Below the pieces are notes generated by a model, which worked only from the letters and a program-made list of their open reading frames with translations, was not told the origin of the DNA and ran no database searches. A program made the position numbers and the translations under genes. 51,563 bases of DNA from a candidate division WS6 bacterium GW2011_GWF2_39_15 (GTDB taxonomy: Bacteria; Patescibacteriota; Dojkabacteria; SC72): assembly GCA_000993565.1 (NCBI GenBank), contig LBWK01000002.1:290800-342362 (forward strand). The letters are read 5' to 3'. Below are positions 26,986 through 36,000 of the stretch, in pieces; within the stretch, counting starts at the first letter, position 1; each line of letters begins with the position of its first letter.

Positions 26986-27654
26986 ATGTCCGCAGCATTA
27001 ATAGCAATTGTGACAGGTATTGTCGCACTATTGGGAGTTGGGGGAACAGCAGTTGCCTCAAACTCCGCAGTTCCGGGTGACTTCCTATATCCCGTAGATA
27101 CTCTGGTTGAAAATGTCCAGAGATCTTTAATTTTTGATGCAGTGAATGAATCTGAGTTCGAGCTAAAGGTTCTGGATGAGAGAGTTGAGGAGCTGAAGAA
27201 ACTATCTGTTGATGGAGAAGTAGAGGATATTGATGACGCAACCAAAGCTCTGGAGCAGCAGCAGCTTAGAATACAGGAGAGGGTTCAGGAAATGAATCAG
27301 CTAAGAGAGAAGAATGAACTGAAAGGTGAAGACCAGCTGAAAGTCATGGAACAGTTGAAGTCATATGTTAGTGAACATCAATCAACATTAAATCAAATTA
27401 AGAGTGATTTAGAGGATAGTGGTAATTCAGATGCAGGAAAATCTGTTTCGGATATTCAGACTTCGTACGAGGATGATTTTTCAACAGAGGTTTCAGATTT
27501 TGAAACTGATACCGGCTTAGAAGTACAGGAGAGCGAGAGTAATCAGGGAGAGGATTCTGAGATTAAAAATCAGAATGAGACCCAAAACGCAGGTGAAGAC
27601 AGCGGTTCAGACAATGATAACGGGTCTGACGGGTCTTCAGGTAAAGGGAAGTAA
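26986..27654 (+). CDS. N-terminally anchored coiled-coil protein with an acidic tail (DUF5667-like)
   Basis: TM helix ALIAIVTGIVALLGVGGTAVA, then PGDFLYPVDTLVENVQ...LDERVEELKKL as seen in DUF5667-type proteins. The C-terminal tail is rich in D/E/S/G/N. Confidence 0.65.
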   Translation: MSAALIAIVTGIVALLGVGGTAVASNSAVPGDFLYPVDTLVENVQRSLIFDAVNESEFELKVLDERVEELKKLSVDGEVEDIDDATKALEQQQLRIQERVQEMNQLREKNELKGEDQLKVMEQLKSYVSEHQSTLNQIKSDLEDSGNSDAGKSVSDIQTSYEDDFSTEVSDFETDTGLEVQESESNQGEDSEIKNQNETQNAGEDSGSDNDNGSDGSSGKGK

Positions 27655-27679
27655 CTGATTATTAGCCGGTGGCAGGGAT

Positions 27680-27919
27680 CTAGATCGGGATTCTGATCTG
27701 ATCGTCTATGTATACTTTCTTTTGAGAGGAGTATTTACCGCTCTTTATTTTAACTTGTGATTTTGTTACGTTAAAGTAATTGGATATAAGGTCTATAAGT
27801 TCAAGATTAGCTTTATTTTTTGTAGGTAAAGCCTTTACTGAGACCTTATATCCACCGGTTTCCAGCTTTTCAATATTTGCTTCTTTCTGTTTTGTTTTTA
27901 CGATTATGTCTATAAACAT
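27680..27919 (-). CDS. DUF167 / YggU-family protein
   Basis: 79 aa. VKALPTKNKANLELIDLISNYFNVTKSQVKIKSGKYSSQKKV matches the YggU pattern (A.P..g.AN..l...L...l.v.k..v.i..G..sr.K). Confidence 0.8.
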   Translation of the reverse strand: MFIDIIVKTKQKEANIEKLETGGYKVSVKALPTKNKANLELIDLISNYFNVTKSQVKIKSGKYSSQKKVYIDDQIRIPI

Positions 27920-27925
27920 GGCTGA

Positions 27926-28702
27926 CTACCCTTCAATATCTTCCGTAGTCAGGCAACCCACAGTTGTATAGCCTGATAAATCATAAATTTCTTTTCCCAT
28001 GTATTCATTCCAATCTTTGTAGAAACGCGTTAACTTGTTCGTTATCTCATCCTTATTCTCTGGGTGAAGGTGCAGGTATGGGCAAACATGCTTCGGAGTT
28101 TTTCCGCCTAACAATAATCCAATTTCTACCAGACCCTGGCCTGAAGGACCAAATGACATATAGTCACTAACCTCTGCTACTATATCTCCTGCCTTCACTT
28201 TGTCCCCAACTTTAACGGTTGGGTTAATAACATGTTCCAACTCAAAAATGTATGGGGAACTCGTATTATCTCCCGTCATGGCTATAGAATAATCATCACT
28301 GTAAAGGGTTGAGATATTGGTAACAACACCATCTATGATTGAATGGACTTTTGTTCCCAGAGGAGCAAAGAAAGTAGGCTGGGGATTGTTTTTTGCAGGA
28401 TTCTCCGAGTTACCCGGAATATAGAAGCCATAGTCCTGGTAAATGGTATCAAAGAAAAGTGATTTCTTGGTAAAGAGGAAATCTCCGGCCATACCTGTTT
28501 TAGGGTTATATGGTTGAATATCAATGGGTAAGCTTTTTATTAATGTCGGTTCCGGGGCTTTGGTAATCAGGTCCGTTACCTTTTCTAACAGAGAATTGTT
28601 AGGAGTCTCTTTTTCATGTGAGTTCAGGATTTTTGGAAGGAAGATTACTCCTAAAACCACAATTATAACCAAACCCAATATTACAAATCTATATTTTTTC
28701 AT
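27926..28702 (-). CDS. secreted LytM/M23-like protein, apparently a degenerate domain
   Basis: Signal anchor FVILGLVIIVVLGVIFL. APLGTKVHSIIDGVV...VKVGDKVKAGDIVAEV resembles the M23 barrel, but I cannot find the HxxxD and HxH zinc ligands in their usual positions. Confidence 0.45.
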   Translation of the reverse strand: MKKYRFVILGLVIIVVLGVIFLPKILNSHEKETPNNSLLEKVTDLITKAPEPTLIKSLPIDIQPYNPKTGMAGDFLFTKKSLFFDTIYQDYGFYIPGNSENPAKNNPQPTFFAPLGTKVHSIIDGVVTNISTLYSDDYSIAMTGDNTSSPYIFELEHVINPTVKVGDKVKAGDIVAEVSDYMSFGPSGQGLVEIGLLLGGKTPKHVCPYLHLHPENKDEITNKLTRFYKDWNEYMGKEIYDLSGYTTVGCLTTEDIEG

Positions 28703-28796
28703 GAAAACCGTTTAGAAGTTATTTTAAATCTTACACTAAAAATAATAGGCAGACTAATGAGTATTGTTGGTATTTAGCGTAACAAGAAGTTAGTCC

Positions 28797-29333
28797 TCAG
28801 TAAACATTAAACATTGTATTTATGGCTTCGGAGGTTATTGTCTTTTTATGCTTTGAGAAGAGTTTTGTCATATGATTCATGATTGCAGTCTTATCTTTTT
28901 TATAAGTCATTAACGTGCACTGTTTTACTGATGAAGGTTCTTCTTTTTTTGAACTTGGAATCCTTAGAAGTACGCCGAATCCAAAAATCGGAATTTCAGA
29001 TCCCTTTTCAAGTGCTGTATCTATGGACTCGATTAGTTCTCTAAGATTTTCTTCATCTTTAAGAGCATCTAGAATACGTGGAATCCTTCCATGTGTTAGA
29101 GTGGCATATCCTTTACCAGTCCCAATAATTGCAGTTTGTCCCTCGCTGGTTTGTGCGAAAAATAAGCTTCTTGATTTGTTAGTTTCATCTTCAAGAGTCA
29201 ATATTGAGCATGGTACTCCTAAATCTGTTAGCTGTGAAATAAGTTTGGTATTGCTGTCTTGAAATTCTGGACATAACATCACTTGGTCTTTTATTGAAAG
29301 ATTTTGTAAATCGGTGTCTTGTAGAGATGCCAT
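28797..29333 (-). CDS. hypothetical protein (178 aa)
   Basis: Intact ORF. No motif recognised. Confidence 0.55.
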   Translation of the reverse strand: MASLQDTDLQNLSIKDQVMLCPEFQDSNTKLISQLTDLGVPCSILTLEDETNKSRSLFFAQTSEGQTAIIGTGKGYATLTHGRIPRILDALKDEENLRELIESIDTALEKGSEIPIFGFGVLLRIPSSKKEEPSSVKQCTLMTYKKDKTAIMNHMTKLFSKHKKTITSEAINTMFNVY

Positions 29334-29491
29334 ATATCACAGTATATCTATGGATTGATACAATGGTCAATACACCGATTTTTTGTATGAGAAATGATAC
29401 CCCCCTTCAACTCGAGGTAGTACAAGGAAAATTCCTTAGTCCTTGTTATGGAGGTTATATCAAAACCGGATCTCTTTCAGTAGTGGGTCAT

Positions 29492-30814
29492 TCATTGTAT
29501 ATTTTTGTTTTGATACGCATTTTCTAACTGTTTATAGAATCTTGATTTCATCGCAATAATAGTTACACAGAGCCCTATAATCCCAGTAACGGTAAATACT
29601 AGAGCAATTCCCCGATCTGAACCGGTTCCAAACCAGCTTCCTATTGTTTTTGCTCCAAGTCCTGTTGTCATAAAAGGAATAAACATGAATTGAGTGAGTG
29701 GTCCAATAAGAAAGGCGGTAAGAGGTGAGGCTGCCTGCTCAACGCTTTGTGCAAATCCAAATACCCTTCCTTGTCGCTCTAGAGGCACAACCTTTTGCAT
29801 AATCGTGTGTTCCGAAGCTTCAATGAAAGGGACAATGGCTAGATATATGAACATACCTGTCATCAAGAGATATATGGAAGGCTGGATTGTGAAAACACTT
29901 GAGATTATCCAGATTGTTAGATTGGCCATAAACATTGAACGAAGGGGGCTTTTCCCCAAACCCTTTTTAGATATATATATTCCGCCAACTATGAAAGCTG
30001 TGCTTAGAATACTCCATATAATTCCCCAGACCTGAACTGTAACAAGTGAAAGTCCGTAAGCATCCATAAGTGCCATGAATACTCCTCCCAAAAAGTTATT
30101 GAATGTTGTGAATAGAATAAGGGGGAGCAAACCCGGGATTCCCCGAAGTACTTTTAAAGTTCCGGGAATATCAATCTTGGGTACACCATCAATATGGACT
30201 ATTTTATTTTCAGGAACATCGATTGTCCAAAGGTGGATTATAGACAGAAGGCTGAGAAGTGATGCCAGGAGTAGAACGAGGTACAAACCTGAGTGGCCGA
30301 CTAAGAAACCGCTGATTACAGAAACAATTAAGAATCCGACTCCAAATACTGTCCCGAGCAATCCATTTGCTTTATCCCTTTCTTCTTCAGGTACCAAGAG
30401 CGTTACAAGAGTTGGAAGTGCAATTCCCCTTATATTTCCAACCAATGCCCCAACCATTAAGAAAATAATGAAGAACCAAAGTACCGGGTTTGTAATATCT
30501 TTGAAGAGATTTAGATCGATGTTTATATAAATAATGAATCCGAGTGTAAATACAATAAAAGAAATAACAGTCGCTATTAACATGACTTTTTTCTTCTTAT
30601 TGTGATCCACCAAACTTCCAAACCAGAACCCTGTGAGAGCAACAAAGACAAGATATATTCCTGAGAGTATTGATGTAGCGAGTACAGATTTAGATTGGAG
30701 ATAGATAAAGAAGGTAATAGCAAACCATACTGTCATATTGATTATATTCGTAACCAAAGAATTGACGATGAGTAAATAAAAGTTACGCATTTTAGTACCT
30801 GTTTCTTTTCCCAT
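29492..30814 (-). CDS. MFS transporter
   Basis: 440 aa with about 12 hydrophobic helices arranged 6+6 and a central loop (DVPENKIVHIDGVPKIDIPG). Confidence 0.85.
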   Translation of the reverse strand: MGKETGTKMRNFYLLIVNSLVTNIINMTVWFAITFFIYLQSKSVLATSILSGIYLVFVALTGFWFGSLVDHNKKKKVMLIATVISFIVFTLGFIIYINIDLNLFKDITNPVLWFFIIFLMVGALVGNIRGIALPTLVTLLVPEEERDKANGLLGTVFGVGFLIVSVISGFLVGHSGLYLVLLLASLLSLLSIIHLWTIDVPENKIVHIDGVPKIDIPGTLKVLRGIPGLLPLILFTTFNNFLGGVFMALMDAYGLSLVTVQVWGIIWSILSTAFIVGGIYISKKGLGKSPLRSMFMANLTIWIISSVFTIQPSIYLLMTGMFIYLAIVPFIEASEHTIMQKVVPLERQGRVFGFAQSVEQAASPLTAFLIGPLTQFMFIPFMTTGLGAKTIGSWFGTGSDRGIALVFTVTGIIGLCVTIIAMKSRFYKQLENAYQNKNIQ

Positions 30815-30932
30815 TTATATATTCGAATAATAAAATAAACTTAATTCTAACTTAAATGATGCTAAAGGAAAAGTCATATAGTGTTAATCTAATACCTCTA
30901 CAAAGGACTGGTTTAAGAGTAAAATATCTACT

Positions 30933-31061
30933 ATGAAATTAATTCTATCCGGAGGAGGTTCAGGAGAACAATCTAAGGAATCGGATCTGCTATTTACTTC
31001 ACGACTTCAAAATAAAAAGGTTTTGTATATTCCCATTGCAGTGAGGGATTTGAACCGATAG
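30933..31061 (+). pseudogene. possible 42-aa N-terminal remnant of a peptidase E / S51-like (class I glutamine amidotransferase-like) gene
   Basis: MKLILSGGGSGEQSKESDLLFTSRLQNKKVLYIPIAVRDLNR* resembles the N-terminal strand-loop of S51 peptidases (MKLLL.SGG...vlyIP.A). It then stops, and the space downstream is occupied by an opposite-strand gene. Confidence 0.3.
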
Positions 31062-31087
31062 TTTGAACTTTAAGAACTATACTTGAT

Positions 31088-31609
31088 TTATGATCTATCT
31101 GTAAACTTAAACCCTTTCGCTTCTTCAGTAAGATGAGGCATTGTTCTCTTGATAACCCTTTGTAAGGACTCGTTAATATTCTCAATCCGATCTTCGTAAG
31201 CACTACTGTAGTTAAGTTGAATATATGCCTGCGTTTGTCCATTCTCAATCTTTTCAAATAATGTGTATTGGTTTCCGTCTAATCGAAAGCACTGCAGCGG
31301 ATGTCCGTCATAGAAGCTCACATCTGGGCTAGTTTCCCACAATCCATTTTCTATACCATCTTCTATAAGTGCTAAGGCTAAAAAATGTGCCGCTTCGGAG
31401 TCAGGTACAGAAAAGACTATTTGATTAGGCGTTGTTTTTGAAGTAACCAATTTAGCGGTTTTGAGAATCTCTGTTACGTCCTTCTGTTGGAATAGTTCAA
31501 CTAGTTCCTTTGGCGACGGTGCATACTTACCGTCTATTGAGAAATCCCTTAGGATTTTTACAGAGGTGGCTTGAGCTTCAGATATTAGAAGAGGTTGTTG
31601 ATTAAGCAT
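31088..31609 (-). CDS. hypothetical protein (173 aa)
   Basis: Intact ORF. No motif recognised. Confidence 0.55.
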   Translation of the reverse strand: MLNQQPLLISEAQATSVKILRDFSIDGKYAPSPKELVELFQQKDVTEILKTAKLVTSKTTPNQIVFSVPDSEAAHFLALALIEDGIENGLWETSPDVSFYDGHPLQCFRLDGNQYTLFEKIENGQTQAYIQLNYSSAYEDRIENINESLQRVIKRTMPHLTEEAKGFKFTDRS

Positions 31610-31857
31610 ATTTAATTATATCAAAATTTCTGAGGATTTGATTCAGAGAGTGAATATATAGAAAGAGAACACTGACTCTATGAGTTCTCAATAATCTCCG
31701 TGTGGCAGATCTTCAGAAGGATAAGTATGATAATCGGCAAATCTGGTGAATCTAAATTTTTAGATCTTAGTGGTCCATGATATCTAATTCTAGGAATTAT
31801 CTAGCTAATAGGACTAGGTTTCCGATATGCAATATTTTATCTAATAAATGCGTATAA

Positions 31858-32397
31858 TTGATTATGACGGATATTGAATTGGTAACAGCCTCGTTAAAAG
31901 ACAAGGAGAATTTTAGACATATTGTTGATAAATACCAAGCCCCTCTTTTGCGATATATTAAGAGGATCTTATATTTATCTATTAATGACGCTGAAGATAT
32001 ATTACAAGAAGCGTTTATTACTATTTACCAGAACCTAAATCAATATGATGGAAAATTTAAACTCTCTTCGTGGGTCTATCGTATAGCGCATAATATTGCC
32101 ATCAGTCATATAAGACATAATGGAAAGCATCTCGGAATATCAATAACTACTGAGGAATTAGAAAAGATTCAAAATGAAGATACATCTTTAGATATTGATT
32201 TATCAAATTCTGAATTCGTAGAGAAGTTAACAGCCAGACTGGATCATAAATACAAAGAGGTTATATTATTAAGGTTTTTTGAAGATAAATCATATACAGA
32301 AATATCGGATATTTTGAGAATTTCAAAAGGAACCGTTGGGAGTTTAATCAATAGAGGATTATCTAAACTAAAAAAATTACTAAAAGATGAAAAATAA
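31858..32397 (+). CDS. ECF-type RNA polymerase sigma-70 family factor
   Basis: Region 2 (ILQEAFITIYQNLNQYD...SSWVYRIAHNIAISHIR) and region 4 HTH (YKEVILLRFFEDKSYTEISDILRISKGTVGSLINRGLSKLKKLL). The start is TTG at 31858 or ATG at 31864. Confidence 0.85.
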   Translation: MIMTDIELVTASLKDKENFRHIVDKYQAPLLRYIKRILYLSINDAEDILQEAFITIYQNLNQYDGKFKLSSWVYRIAHNIAISHIRHNGKHLGISITTEELEKIQNEDTSLDIDLSNSEFVEKLTARLDHKYKEVILLRFFEDKSYTEISDILRISKGTVGSLINRGLSKLKKLLKDEK

Positions 32398-33127
32398 AAA
32401 ATTAACAGATTCAGTTCTAGAAAGAATTGAGAAAGAGAAGATTAAGCCAATTAAAAAGGATATTTTTGTTCTAAAGAATACTGCTCTCTTCGTACTATGC
32501 GGTATTTCAATCCTTATTGGAGGGGTGGGTTTTGCTATGAATTTGACGTTCCTTAGTCGATTGGACTGGAGTGTCATTACATATGTACAAGGAATTATGA
32601 AATTTGTTCTTTTTACTCCTCCCTTTCTATGGCTATTGTTGACAGTTGTTTCGATCTTTATGATGTATATCGAATTCAGAAAAACAAAAGATGGTTACAG
32701 GATGGAGAACAAACATTTAATTATGATTATTGCTGCTCTGGTTCTGATTTCAGGGGTGATAGGTTGGGGGATTGAGAATAAATACAATATCACCAGTTAT
32801 TTTACTAATGTGGCGGCTATTAGAGATGCTACTGACCCAAGATATAAAATATGGAGTAATCCGGAGGATGGTTTACTTGCAGGTGAAATTAAAGAAGTAA
32901 TTAATGATGAGCTATTGATTGTAGATCTTGAGGGAATGGATTGGGAGATAAATATTAAAGACGCATTTATTGCAGGAAAAGTAGTACTTCAAAACGATGA
33001 ATCTATTAAAATAATAGGTGAGAAAGTTAGTAATTCTAGGTTTAATGCTTCAAAAATATTGCCTTGGGGACAAGGGAAAATGAGAGGTATGCAAGAAAAC
33101 AATTCCATTTATCGTAATACTAAATAG
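32387..33127 (+). CDS. multi-pass membrane protein co-transcribed with the ECF sigma factor (putative anti-sigma or partner)
   Basis: It overlaps the sigma gene by 11 nt. It has about 4 TM helices followed by a ~100-aa soluble C-terminal domain. No zinc-binding anti-sigma (HxxxCxxC) motif was seen. Confidence 0.6.
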   Translation: MKNKKLTDSVLERIEKEKIKPIKKDIFVLKNTALFVLCGISILIGGVGFAMNLTFLSRLDWSVITYVQGIMKFVLFTPPFLWLLLTVVSIFMMYIEFRKTKDGYRMENKHLIMIIAALVLISGVIGWGIENKYNITSYFTNVAAIRDATDPRYKIWSNPEDGLLAGEIKEVINDELLIVDLEGMDWEINIKDAFIAGKVVLQNDESIKIIGEKVSNSRFNASKILPWGQGKMRGMQENNSIYRNTK

Positions 33128-33159
33128 AGTACTCTGATTTAAATTATTTATTCTTATTT

Positions 33160-33543
33160 ATGAAAAACAAACACATAGTATTGGCTGGTATAGTGGCAGG
33201 AGCTTTTGGAATTCTTGCACTAGGAGCAACAAGTATTGATGCATACTATCAAAATACAAAGTATGGACCTAATCATACAGAGGCAAAAGAAGTGGCTGTA
33301 GATACTGCAATCAAAAATGGAGATGTTTCTGCATGGAAAGCAGTTATGACAGAAGACGGAAGATCTCCAAGAGTTGTTGAGGTAGTTGATACAAAAGAAG
33401 AGTTAGAGAAGTTTGCTCAGATGAGAGAATATAAGCAGGCTGGTGAATATGAAAAAGCACAGCAACTTAGAACTGAGCTTGGTTTAGGTCAAGGTAACGG
33501 AGAGGGTCGAAGAGGTAACGGCACTGGTGATTGCATGAGATAA
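33160..33543 (+). CDS. small secreted protein (127 aa), third gene of the sigma operon
   Basis: Signal peptide IVLAGIVAGAFGILALGATSIDA, a helical charged body, and a G/N/R-rich tail (GLGQGNGEGRRGNGTGDCMR). Confidence 0.6.
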   Translation: MKNKHIVLAGIVAGAFGILALGATSIDAYYQNTKYGPNHTEAKEVAVDTAIKNGDVSAWKAVMTEDGRSPRVVEVVDTKEELEKFAQMREYKQAGEYEKAQQLRTELGLGQGNGEGRRGNGTGDCMR

Positions 33544-33565
33544 AAGGAATATACCTCTCGAAATT

Positions 33566-33600
33566 AAAGGGCACTCAAGAAATTGGGTGCCCTTTGTTTT
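33566..33600 (+). terminator. rho-independent terminator between convergent genes
   Basis: The perfect 9-bp stem AAAGGGCAC / GTGCCCTTT encloses a 12-nt loop and is followed by GTTTT. It lies 23 nt after the stop of the 33160-33543 gene. Confidence 0.65.
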
Positions 33601-33613
33601 ATTATCATTAGGG

Positions 33614-33781
33614 TTATTCAACATGTTTGACAAGCTTGTTGTATTGCCCTTTTGTTAAAAAGATCCGATGTATATCAGGATTCGCTGTCTCTCCTGTTAG
33701 CGATGCAGTATTGGATACTCCCCAATTAACTATCTTCATACTTTTAACATTCAGATCAATATAGAAATATTCTTTGTTCAT
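33614..33781 (-). CDS. small hypothetical protein (55 aa from the ATG, 68 aa from the TTG at 33820)
   Basis: Short ORF with no motif, so coding status is uncertain. Confidence 0.35.
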   Translation of the reverse strand: MNKEYFYIDLNVKSMKIVNWGVSNTASLTGETANPDIHRIFLTKGQYNKLVKHVE

Positions 33782-33958
33782 GAGTAAATAATACTTCTGA
33801 TTTTTGATGATGTCGATCAAAAGATAACAGCTGGATGCAAAGATTAATTTAAAGTGTATGAGGCATATTTAAGTAGTCAGATCAGGCCGGATATGTCGAA
33901 TATATTTTAATTTAATATATTTTGAAGTAGTATATGAAAAAGATATCAAGACTACTTT

Positions 33959-34435
33959 ATGACAAACAATCAACGTTTTCTTCTTCTCACTGAATCATTA
34001 AAGGTATTCATTTCTGAAGTAAGGAAGGCAAGAAAGGACTTACAGGTTTACGAGGACTGGAATGTGAAAGAAATACTCTGTCATGTGACATTTTGGCATG
34101 TGAATTATGCAGAAAACCTATTAGCAGAAGAAAATAAAACAACATTACCGCTTCTTAAAGGAAAGTACTCTGATATCAATATCCGAGCATTTAAGGCATA
34201 TAGAAAGAAACCCACTGAAACTGTAATCAAGGAATTATTGGACGCAAATATAGAAATTGAGAATGTAGTGAAAAGAGGGAAAGTTAAAAAGATGACATAT
34301 AAAGAAGGGTCTAGGGATTATACATTAGAGGAATTTCTTGATATGACTGAGGCCCATATCCGAAATCACGCAGATGATTTACGAAAGAGTCGTAATGGAC
34401 AGCAAGGAATACACAAAGCTTTTCAAGCTGATTGA
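33959..34435 (+). CDS. DinB/ClbS-like four-helix-bundle protein
   Basis: DWNVKEILCHVTFWHVNYAENL near the N-terminus and EAHIRNHADDL near the C-terminus resemble the His-containing helices of DinB/DfsB/ClbS-type bundles. Confidence 0.5.
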   Translation: MTNNQRFLLLTESLKVFISEVRKARKDLQVYEDWNVKEILCHVTFWHVNYAENLLAEENKTTLPLLKGKYSDINIRAFKAYRKKPTETVIKELLDANIEIENVVKRGKVKKMTYKEGSRDYTLEEFLDMTEAHIRNHADDLRKSRNGQQGIHKAFQAD

Positions 34436-34444
34436 AGTAAGAAT

Positions 34445-34765
34445 TTATTTTTTGATGAATTTTGTAAAAGCGACAACTGAATCTATGTTATTTCCCAATA
34501 CAGCTTTATAAATATCAATACTTTTTACTTTATCTTTATACTTCACTCCGTTAAAGTATGCTTCCTTTATCTTTAAAATTGTTTCTCTCTTTTTAGAATG
34601 CAATTCTAGTTCTTTTTTAAAAGACTTTATGCAATCCATTACTAGGTGAGTATACCTCTCATCTTGCTTTAAGTACCATACATCAAATCTAGTTTTAGAC
34701 TTCCATTTTCCTAAGTTCTGAGAGTACAGTTTCAATATGGGTTGATTTAATTGTTTGGTAAGCAA
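34445..34765 (-). CDS. hypothetical protein (106 aa), downstream of and co-directional with fic
   Basis: Intact ORF, Lys-rich. No motif recognised. Confidence 0.5.
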   Translation of the reverse strand: MLTKQLNQPILKLYSQNLGKWKSKTRFDVWYLKQDERYTHLVMDCIKSFKKELELHSKKRETILKIKEAYFNGVKYKDKVKSIDIYKAVLGNNIDSVVAFTKFIKK

Positions 34766-34844
34766 GCACTCTTTTACTATTTGCTTTGGCTATCAAATCC
34801 AGACTCATAATGTAAAATGGCTAATGCTATAAACGAGTCGGTAG

Positions 34845-35999
34845 TTATTTATCAGCAAATATTCGTACATAATCACTATAAATATATGATTGTCCATATT
34901 TAACATCTTTGTCTTTCTTCGTTAGGATATTTAGATTAATCATTTTCTTAATTAGTCTATTGGCACCTTCTCTTGAGAAGCCTGTCCACCCTTGTATTGT
35001 TGCACTGTTTACAATCGGTTGTCCATAGAGTTTTGTAAGGACTTGCATAATTGATTCTGCCGATCTTTTACCCAGCTGCTGGACTTTTTTCATATCTCTT
35101 TCTCTTATTTCGGTAATTGATGCGACAGACTCAATTGCCTCATTTGAAATCTCTATTACGCCATCAAGGAAGAAATCTATCCACCTTTCGACTTGACCTT
35201 CGTGATAATTTTCTAACCTTTGATAATAGGTTTTTTGGTATTTTTTAAAATATGAAGAAAGAAAAAGTATAGGCTTCTCTAAATATTGCTGTGACCATAG
35301 GAAGAAAGTGGTTAGCATTCTTCCGGTTCGCCCGTTGCCATCAAGAAAAGGATGTATTAGCTCAAATTGTGAATGGATTATTCCGGCTTTAATAATAGTT
35401 GGTACATTATCATTAGCATTTATATATTTCTCTAGATCGTCTAGAGATTTAAGCATCTCTTGCGGTGGGGGAGGTACAAATACACTGTTAGAAGGTTTCG
35501 TTCCCCCAATCCAGTTTTGACTTTTCCTGAATTCACCTGGAGCCGAATAGTGAGTTGATCTTGCATCAGTCATTAATTGCAGGTGAAGATCTCGGATAAA
35601 TCTCAGTGAGAAAGGTACATTTCCGTTTTCCATTCTTTTCATCCCGTAGTTTAATGCCTTTATGTAATGTAAAATATCATCTACATCGTCTGGAACACTA
35701 TCGCTTGTTTTTACTTCAGCTTCTATTGCGTCTACCATGGTTGCCATTGTTCCTTCGATTTGACTGGATGAAGCCGCGTCCTTTCTTAGGTACATTAATA
35801 TAAAGAAATCTGAATCTGGAAGTAATTTTGTAATTCCATCAAGTTTCCCTATTAGTCTACCTGCTTCACTACTTTTTTTAAGTATTTCTGGAGAAAAAAT
35901 ATTTAATCTTTTTGATGGAAACGGATTAGGGATAAAAGCAATGTAATCCTCTCCATTTAAACTTTGTTTAATTTTCTTTCCTATTTCTATCGTTTCCAT
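34845..35999 (-). CDS. fic: Fic family protein (AMPylase-type) with an intramolecular inhibitory motif and a C-terminal winged-helix-like domain
   Basis: Canonical Fic motif HPFLDGNGRTGR. The upstream SSQIEG fits the inhibitory (S/T)xxxE(G/N) motif of Fic_N-type, class II-like proteins. I place the start at ATG 35999 (METIEIGKK), because the ORF-track extension to 36074 translates the palindromic repeats. Confidence 0.9.
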   Translation of the reverse strand: METIEIGKKIKQSLNGEDYIAFIPNPFPSKRLNIFSPEILKKSSEAGRLIGKLDGITKLLPDSDFFILMYLRKDAASSSQIEGTMATMVDAIEAEVKTSDSVPDDVDDILHYIKALNYGMKRMENGNVPFSLRFIRDLHLQLMTDARSTHYSAPGEFRKSQNWIGGTKPSNSVFVPPPPQEMLKSLDDLEKYINANDNVPTIIKAGIIHSQFELIHPFLDGNGRTGRMLTTFFLWSQQYLEKPILFLSSYFKKYQKTYYQRLENYHEGQVERWIDFFLDGVIEISNEAIESVASITEIRERDMKKVQQLGKRSAESIMQVLTKLYGQPIVNSATIQGWTGFSREGANRLIKKMINLNILTKKDKDVKYGQSYIYSDYVRIFADK

Positions 36000-36000
36000 A

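Noticed and set aside
26970-27245. Two overlapping minus-strand ORFs (91 and 87 aa) at the start of the 26986-27654 gene.
   Set aside because: They are antisense artefacts. The plus-strand frame has a clear TM anchor plus coiled coil and continues for 222 aa.
29694-30530. Plus-strand ORFs of 113 and 151 aa inside the MFS transporter gene.
   Set aside because: They are antisense to a 12-TM transporter frame and rich in R/K/P/S, which is typical of the reverse complement of hydrophobic coding sequence.
30994-31257. 87-aa minus-strand ORF overlapping the 3' part of 31088-31609.
   Set aside because: It overlaps a longer ORF in a different frame and is basic and low-complexity. The longer ORF was kept.
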